Origin: an uncultured Candidatus Saccharibacteria bacterium | GTDB taxonomy: Bacteria > Patescibacteriota > Minisyncoccia > Phycocordibacterales > PALSA-1337 | Assembly (NCBI GenBank): GCA_964416985.1 | Contig: CAYQFS010000001.1 | Location: forward strand, 153,365-217,364 | Direction: 5' to 3' | Length of the DNA: 64,000 nt | Part shown: piece after piece, positions 58,991 to 64,000 of the stretch | Layout: every line of letters starts with the position of its first letter | Numbering within the stretch: position 1 is the first letter of the stretch | Made by a program: the position numbers and the translations under genes | The notes under the pieces: model-generated | Told to the model about the DNA's origin: nothing | Seen by the model: only the letters and a program-made list of their open reading frames with translations | The model's database searches: none

Positions 58991-60175
58991 TTATGGCAAA
59001 AACTGCTTGACCCAAGAGACGATAGCCTTCCAGGTTTTGATGAGGAATTGCCCGCTGTTGTCGAGAGGGACATCTTCGTCAGTATGAGCGCCGAGAATAC
59101 AGAGACCGTAAGCAACGGCAAATGTCGAATCGCGAAGACTTTGTTTTTCCTGATTTCCGATCTGTACATAGCCGAGTCGAGATGGGAGACGAAGAGCGTT
59201 CTTTGCGAGCTCTTCAATTCCATTTAATCCTGCACCGCCACCAAGAATGACAACACCTGCCGGGAGAAGTCCATTTCTTCCAATCTTTTTTAAATGAGTT
59301 TCGATAAGTTCGAAAACGTCAGAAAGACGCGCAGAGATAATTTCCTCAAGTTTCTTGCGAGGGAATGCACTTCCAGTAATTGCCCCAATTTTAATTTGCT
59401 CGGCTTCTTCGAGAGGAACCTTGAGACCGAGAGCGATGTCATTTGTAATGTCGGTTGAGCCAATAGGAAAGACTTCGAGAGAAGCAGGTGTGTTATTTTC
59501 AAAGACTGCAATGGAGACTGTTTCGGCACCAATGTTTGTGAGGACGCAGCCGGCCATTTTTTGTGATTTTGAGAGAGTCACGAAGCTTGCCGCGACGGGT
59601 GCGGCCATGACGTCTTGAACGGCGATACCAGCTTCTTCGACTGCCTGAATGATGTCATTCAAGTGGTGCTCAATGCAGGTAATATAGAGCATTTTAACCT
59701 CAAATTTGCTTGCTTTCATTCCTTCAGGTTTTCCAAGAGCAATTTTCCCGTCAAGCTTGTAATGAAGGGGAATGCTGTTAATGATTTTTTTATTTAAAAC
59801 GAGAGCAGGAGCGAGATCCTTTTCACACTGGTCCTGAACTTTCTTGATGTCGAGAGGAGTGATCTCTGAGTCAGCACGAGAGATAATAATAGAACTTGTC
59901 GATGAAACACTTCCAAGACCTACTCCTCCAATTGCCACAAAAGCTTTCTTTACTTTTACTCCGGCCCTCTTTTCTGCTTCGGCAACTGCTTGGCGAATGC
60001 TTTCGGAAACATCGCGTGGATTTAGAATATATCCATGACGAAGACCTCGCGACTCAGATGTGCCGATGGCGATGATCTTTGGGAAGCCTTTTTCATTTCG
60101 TTCATCCCTGCTCGCAATAACCACCTTTACTTGGTGGGTCCCGATGTCAATGCCGGTGATGATGGATCGTGTCAT
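58991..60175 (-). CDS. ftsA: Cell division protein FtsA
   Basis: GIDIGT, ITNDIA..L......AEQIK, LGGGAGL; upstream of ftsZ. Confidence 0.93.
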   Translation of the reverse strand: MTRSIITGIDIGTHQVKVVIASRDERNEKGFPKIIAIGTSESRGLRHGYILNPRDVSESIRQAVAEAEKRAGVKVKKAFVAIGGVGLGSVSSTSSIIISRADSEITPLDIKKVQDQCEKDLAPALVLNKKIINSIPLHYKLDGKIALGKPEGMKASKFEVKMLYITCIEHHLNDIIQAVEEAGIAVQDVMAAPVAASFVTLSKSQKMAGCVLTNIGAETVSIAVFENNTPASLEVFPIGSTDITNDIALGLKVPLEEAEQIKIGAITGSAFPRKKLEEIISARLSDVFELIETHLKKIGRNGLLPAGVVILGGGAGLNGIEELAKNALRLPSRLGYVQIGNQEKQSLRDSTFAVAYGLCILGAHTDEDVPLDNSGQFLIKTWKAIVSWVKQFLP

Positions 60176-60221
60176 GAGTGTCTGAGGCGTCAGTCTGAAA
60201 AAATAAGTGCCTCATGCACTT

Positions 60222-60566
60222 CTAAATTCCAAATTCCTTTCGGAAACGAGCCTCGATACTCTCCATTGTACTACCATGGTCGAATCCTTTCAAATGGATA
60301 AGTCCGTGGATAAATAAAAAACCGAGAAAATTCTCGTACGAACGCTCAAATTTCTTCGCTTCTTTTTTTGCTTCTGAAAGACAGATATATATTTCGCCTT
60401 CCGTTTCCGAAAGAGGAAAACTGAGAATGTCTGTCGGCTTATCAAGATTGCGGTACGCGAGGTTCAACTGCCTCATACGCGCAGGACCGACAAAAGCTAC
60501 GGAGAGATCGTAGCTTTTTCCGAGGATTTTTGTTTTCATTTGCTCAAAGAGAGCCTCTCTCTTCAT
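60222..60566 (-). CDS. ybeY: rRNA maturation endonuclease YbeY
   Basis: LN..YR..DKPTDILSF, HGLIHLKGFDH. Confidence 0.93.
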   Translation of the reverse strand: MKREALFEQMKTKILGKSYDLSVAFVGPARMRQLNLAYRNLDKPTDILSFPLSETEGEIYICLSEAKKEAKKFERSYENFLGFLFIHGLIHLKGFDHGSTMESIEARFRKEFGI

Positions 60567-60568
60567 AT

Positions 60569-60814
60569 TTATCGTGAGAAACGAGATGTCTTTTCAGGCA
60601 TTTTTCCGAGTTTAATGAGCTCCTGAATTTCTGCTTTTCGGCGGATCGACTTCAACGTCTTTACCTTTGTTTTGTATGAGGAAAGCTGGCGCTCATTGTA
60701 GCGAAGGCTTCGAACGCGAGGAAGGATTCCTGCGCCCTGGACTTTCTTTGTGAAGCGTCGGAGAACTCCGAGCGCATTTTCGCTGCCATTTCGTGTAATT
60801 TCTACGTTTATCAT
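60569..60814 (-). CDS. rpsU: Ribosomal protein bS21-like
   Basis: VEITR..SEN...VLRRFTKKVQ.AGIL, basic, 81 aa. Confidence 0.65.
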   Translation of the reverse strand: MINVEITRNGSENALGVLRRFTKKVQGAGILPRVRSLRYNERQLSSYKTKVKTLKSIRRKAEIQELIKLGKMPEKTSRFSR

Positions 60815-60842
60815 AGTGGAAGGAATAGTACCATAAGGCCTA

Positions 60843-62129
60843 TTATTTCTCAAGTTTCTTCATGTGGCTTGCTAGTTGGTCGAGAGGAACGATGTCTTGA
60901 GCATGAGTGTCGGTATTTCGCACAATAGCAGTCTTTTCCATTGCTTCTTTTTTACCAAGGATAATGGAATACGGGATATGATTTTTCTCGACAGCGGAAA
61001 CCTGGGCTCCGAGGCGGTCTTTTGCAAGTGAAAGACAGAGAGGAATCTTAACCTGGCGAAGGCTCTCGATGACGGAAAGTGAAAGTAGTTTTGATTCAAA
61101 ACCGAGCTGCACAAATGATGCAAATGGTTTCTTCATCTTCTTCACTTCTTTTCGGAGCTCCGGAGATCCACCTTTAACGAGTAGTGAAATACCCACACCC
61201 TGAACCTCTCGTTTCATGCCAATCTTTTTTGAGAGACTGTCGTAACGGACGCCGATTGCTAGTATTTTGTGATCCTTGTTTTTGCCTTTTTCCTTGTGAT
61301 CATAGTCGCTATTTGTTATTGCAAAGATAGTTTCGGTGCAATATTTTCTGTTTCCAATGAGATGGTTGTTTATTTTGTAAGGAATGCCGAGGGCTTCGAG
61401 GTACTCAAGCACCTCCTGAAAATGAATGCGGCTTGATTCGGTAAGAAAGTCCATCGATCGTGGCGCACCCTCATTTATTTTTTTGCACTTTTCATTTTGG
61501 CAGCTCAAGAGATCGAGAGGATCTTTTTTTAAAAGCTGACGACACTCGGCGTGCATGTCATTTATGTGTTTTCGGTAGAAGTTCGTGAGATCTCGAGTGA
61601 ATCGGGCAATAGAATCCTTATCTCCGATGCTATTTATTTCGACCGCGATATTTTCGTAGCCTTCTTCGGCAAGCATCACCCGGGCTGTCTGAATGAGGGT
61701 CGCTTCGGCAATACTTCTTGAGTTTCCAATGATCTCGAGATCTGAATATCGATGGTAGTCTCCAGCCTTCTTGAGGGAGCCCTTGAATGGCTCTTTAAAA
61801 TAGAGCATCACAGGCTGGGAATAATTGTGCATATTCTTTTCCTGATACATACGGAGAAGGGCAATCTTTTCTTCAACATGGAGAGGCAAATGTGTTCGAG
61901 TTTCTTCGTCGTCACCGACATAATCACCCTCGAGAAGTGTTCGAGCATTATCGAGATCAATTTTCTTTATTCCAGGACTCTCTTCGGGTGTAAAACCATA
62001 GTAGACTGCAATTTCTCCAATCTTATCAAGGTGATTGTAATTACGGAATTTTGACTCAGACTGGCTCTTGTTTTCTTTCGTCGCTTCCTTGTGGGGTTTT
62101 TTGAGTGGTGTTGCTCTCATGGTATTCAA
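60843..62129 (-). CDS. Histidyl-tRNA synthetase-like protein (divergent paralogue)
   Basis: YYGF, LEIIG, INSIGD, RYD, anticodon-binding C-terminal domain. Confidence 0.7.
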   Translation of the reverse strand: MNTMRATPLKKPHKEATKENKSQSESKFRNYNHLDKIGEIAVYYGFTPEESPGIKKIDLDNARTLLEGDYVGDDEETRTHLPLHVEEKIALLRMYQEKNMHNYSQPVMLYFKEPFKGSLKKAGDYHRYSDLEIIGNSRSIAEATLIQTARVMLAEEGYENIAVEINSIGDKDSIARFTRDLTNFYRKHINDMHAECRQLLKKDPLDLLSCQNEKCKKINEGAPRSMDFLTESSRIHFQEVLEYLEALGIPYKINNHLIGNRKYCTETIFAITNSDYDHKEKGKNKDHKILAIGVRYDSLSKKIGMKREVQGVGISLLVKGGSPELRKEVKKMKKPFASFVQLGFESKLLSLSVIESLRQVKIPLCLSLAKDRLGAQVSAVEKNHIPYSIILGKKEAMEKTAIVRNTDTHAQDIVPLDQLASHMKKLEK

Positions 62130-62147
62130 TATGTTTTTCTTTCGATG

Positions 62148-62705
62148 TTATACTCCTGGAAACAGGGACATTTTTGTTGGGGGATAGAGTCGGATAAATG
62201 GGCGGCCGACTATGTACTTTTCTTCGAGAGGTCCCCATTCCCTTGAGTCAGAACTCTCTATTCTGTTGTCTCCCATTACAAAATATTCGGTAGGACCGAG
62301 TTTGACGGTGAAGGTTGCTGATGTTTGGCGGCTGAGTTCGACGTGAGGATCGGGTAAAATCATTCCCTCGGAGTGTTCCGCATTTACGATGGTGATTTTT
62401 CCATCTTTCATTGAGATTGTCTCTCCAGGAAGTCCGATAACTCTCTTGATAAAAAATTTTTTTGGATTGTTTGGGTAGCGGAAAATGATGACCGCTTCTC
62501 GTTCAGGTTTCTCAAAATGATACGTAAGCTGGTCGACTATCAAATACTGACTCGTGCTAAAGGTCGGCTCCATTGATGCGCCGTCGACGATGAATGGCTG
62601 AGCAACATAGAGTCGAATAGGGATAACAATGGCGATTGCAATTAGGGTAAATTTTACGATTTCTCTCAAAAAATTTTCTTTAGGCTGGTTTTCTTGAGGT
62701 TCCAT
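62148..62705 (-). CDS. lepB: Signal peptidase I
   Basis: GASMEPT, IKRVIGLPG, YFVMGDNR..SSDSR. Confidence 0.95.
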   Translation of the reverse strand: MEPQENQPKENFLREIVKFTLIAIAIVIPIRLYVAQPFIVDGASMEPTFSTSQYLIVDQLTYHFEKPEREAVIIFRYPNNPKKFFIKRVIGLPGETISMKDGKITIVNAEHSEGMILPDPHVELSRQTSATFTVKLGPTEYFVMGDNRIESSDSREWGPLEEKYIVGRPFIRLYPPTKMSLFPGV

Positions 62706-62777
62706 AGAATTTGATGGAGTAATTGTAGTATGGATAATCGTTTGACACAAGATTTATATCTGTGCCACACTTATGTC

Positions 62778-63374
62778 ATGCCATACATAATTGCAGGTTT
62801 AGGAAATCCGGGAGATGAATATGTCGAAACACGACACAATACAGGAAGAATTGTTCTTGAGGCGCTTCGAAGTGCTCACAAAATTGATGATTTTAAGTCC
62901 GACAAGAAAAGTAGCGCCCTCATTGTTAAGGGAGAGATTGGAAAAGAGATGGTGATGCTTGTCGAACCTGAAACTTTTATGAATAATTCAGGAAAATCAA
63001 TCGCATATTTTGTGAAGAGTGTAAAAGCTGCGGAAAAATTGATTGTAATTTACGACGATTTCAATTTACCCCTTGGAAAAATCCGTATCTCATTTAACAG
63101 AAGTTCGGGAGGTCACAACGGTCTCGAATCAATTATCAAATCTGTAAAAACAGAAGCCTTCGTTCGTGTACGAATTGGTGTTGCTCCAGAAACAGCAAAA
63201 GGAACGGCAAAAGTCCCTCATGGTGATGACAAAATTGAAAAGTTTATTCTTGGAAACTACAAGCCAGATGAAATGAAGGAATTAAAAAAAGTTGCTAAGG
63301 TCGCAGTTGAGGCGATTGAAACAATTTTGAAGGAGGGAAGGGAAAAAGCGATGAGCGTGTATAATGCGGGGTAA
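62778..63374 (+). CDS. pth: Peptidyl-tRNA hydrolase
   Basis: GLGNPG..Y..TRHN.G, TFMNNSG, GGHNGL. Confidence 0.95.
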   Translation: MPYIIAGLGNPGDEYVETRHNTGRIVLEALRSAHKIDDFKSDKKSSALIVKGEIGKEMVMLVEPETFMNNSGKSIAYFVKSVKAAEKLIVIYDDFNLPLGKIRISFNRSSGGHNGLESIIKSVKTEAFVRVRIGVAPETAKGTAKVPHGDDKIEKFILGNYKPDEMKELKKVAKVAVEAIETILKEGREKAMSVYNAG

Positions 63375-63376
63375 AC

Positions 63377-63405
63377 AAAAAAACCGGGTAGAACCGGTTT
63401 TTTTA
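63377..63405. terminator. Bidirectional terminator
   Basis: AAAAAAACCGG...CCGGTTTTTTT between convergent pth and rpsA. Confidence 0.8.
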
Positions 63406-63425
63406 TCGTGCGTTGATAAGTGAAA

Positions 63426-64000
63426 TTACTTCTTCTCTCCCACAAACGCCAATGTCATCTTCTGTTCCTTTGCATCGAAGAGTGTGATCTTGAAGTTGTA
63501 GTTCTTTCCGAGTTCGAGGTTCTTTCGGAGCTTTTCTTCGCTACCGAATTCTGAAACATGGACAAGTCCGGCAATTCCTTCTTCAATTGAAGCGAGAGCT
63601 CCGTGCTTGTTGAACTTGATAACAACTCCCTGGACCTGCATATCCTTCTTGTATTTCTTTCCAGCTTCAACCCAAGGATTTTCTTTGAGGGCTTTGATAG
63701 AGAGGGAAATCTTTCCTTCCTTGATTTCAATAATCTTCACCTTTACTTTCTGACCAACCTTGAAGAGTACTCGAGGATCTTCGACGAGTGCCCAGTCGAT
63801 TTCTGAAATGTGGACGAGGCCTTCAAGCCCATCTTCGATCTTGACGAAGACTCCAAAGTCAACGATTCCTGTAACTGTTCCGCTGACTTCGTCTTCGACT
63901 TTGTATTTTCCGATAATCTTTTCCTTGTCCTTCTGTTCTGGGCTCTTTTCAGAGAAAATAAGCTTTCCTTCCTTTGGAAGTGCAGAAATGATAGACACTG
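63426..64000 (-). CDS. rpsA: 30S ribosomal protein S1-like (5' partial)
   Basis: Tandem S1 domains: DFGVFV...EGLVHISEI, SLSIK...NPW. Confidence 0.85.
   Translation of the reverse strand, partial: VSIISALPKEGKLIFSEKSPEQKDKEKIIGKYKVEDEVSGTVTGIVDFGVFVKIEDGLEGLVHISEIDWALVEDPRVLFKVGQKVKVKIIEIKEGKISLSIKALKENPWVEAGKKYKKDMQVQGVVIKFNKHGALASIEEGIAGLVHVSEFGSEEKLRKNLELGKNYNFKITLFDAKEQKMTLAFVGEKK

Noticed and set aside
60177-60221. Hairpin between ybeY and ftsA
   Set aside because: Short interrupted stem with no further support for a function

Overview
A gene-dense 64-kb segment of a bacterial chromosome using genetic code 11 (TGA is a stop). Gene content and style point to Patescibacteria/CPR, probably Parcubacteria (inference): compact RNase P RNA, a solo OppA next to secG, a pilin-like protein, free-standing LAGLIDADG genes and mostly leaderless genes. 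Housekeeping genes include gpmI, eno, rnj, secG, groES/EL, nrdAB (class Ic signature), rnpB, murJ, lepA, tsaD, a trxB-like gene, ftsZ, ftsA, ybeY, an rpsU-like gene, lepB, pth, rpsA and six tRNAs. These are interspersed with small orphan genes that carry their own promoters and terminators. The most notable unannotated signals are: (1) an 11-bp-phased four-box array repeated at four promoters, a candidate regulon of the local OmpR-family two-component system, whose targets include two non-coding RNA candidates, one a D-armless tRNA-like RNA; (2) a putative RelE/PBECR-like nuclease gene overlapped by a convergent, separately promoted, kissing-loop structured RNA; (3) a run of orphan cassettes between murJ and lepA separated by degenerate repeats that translate like the C-terminus of YchF. 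No CRISPR array, rRNA, transposase or integrase was seen. All family calls come from motif recognition, not database searches.
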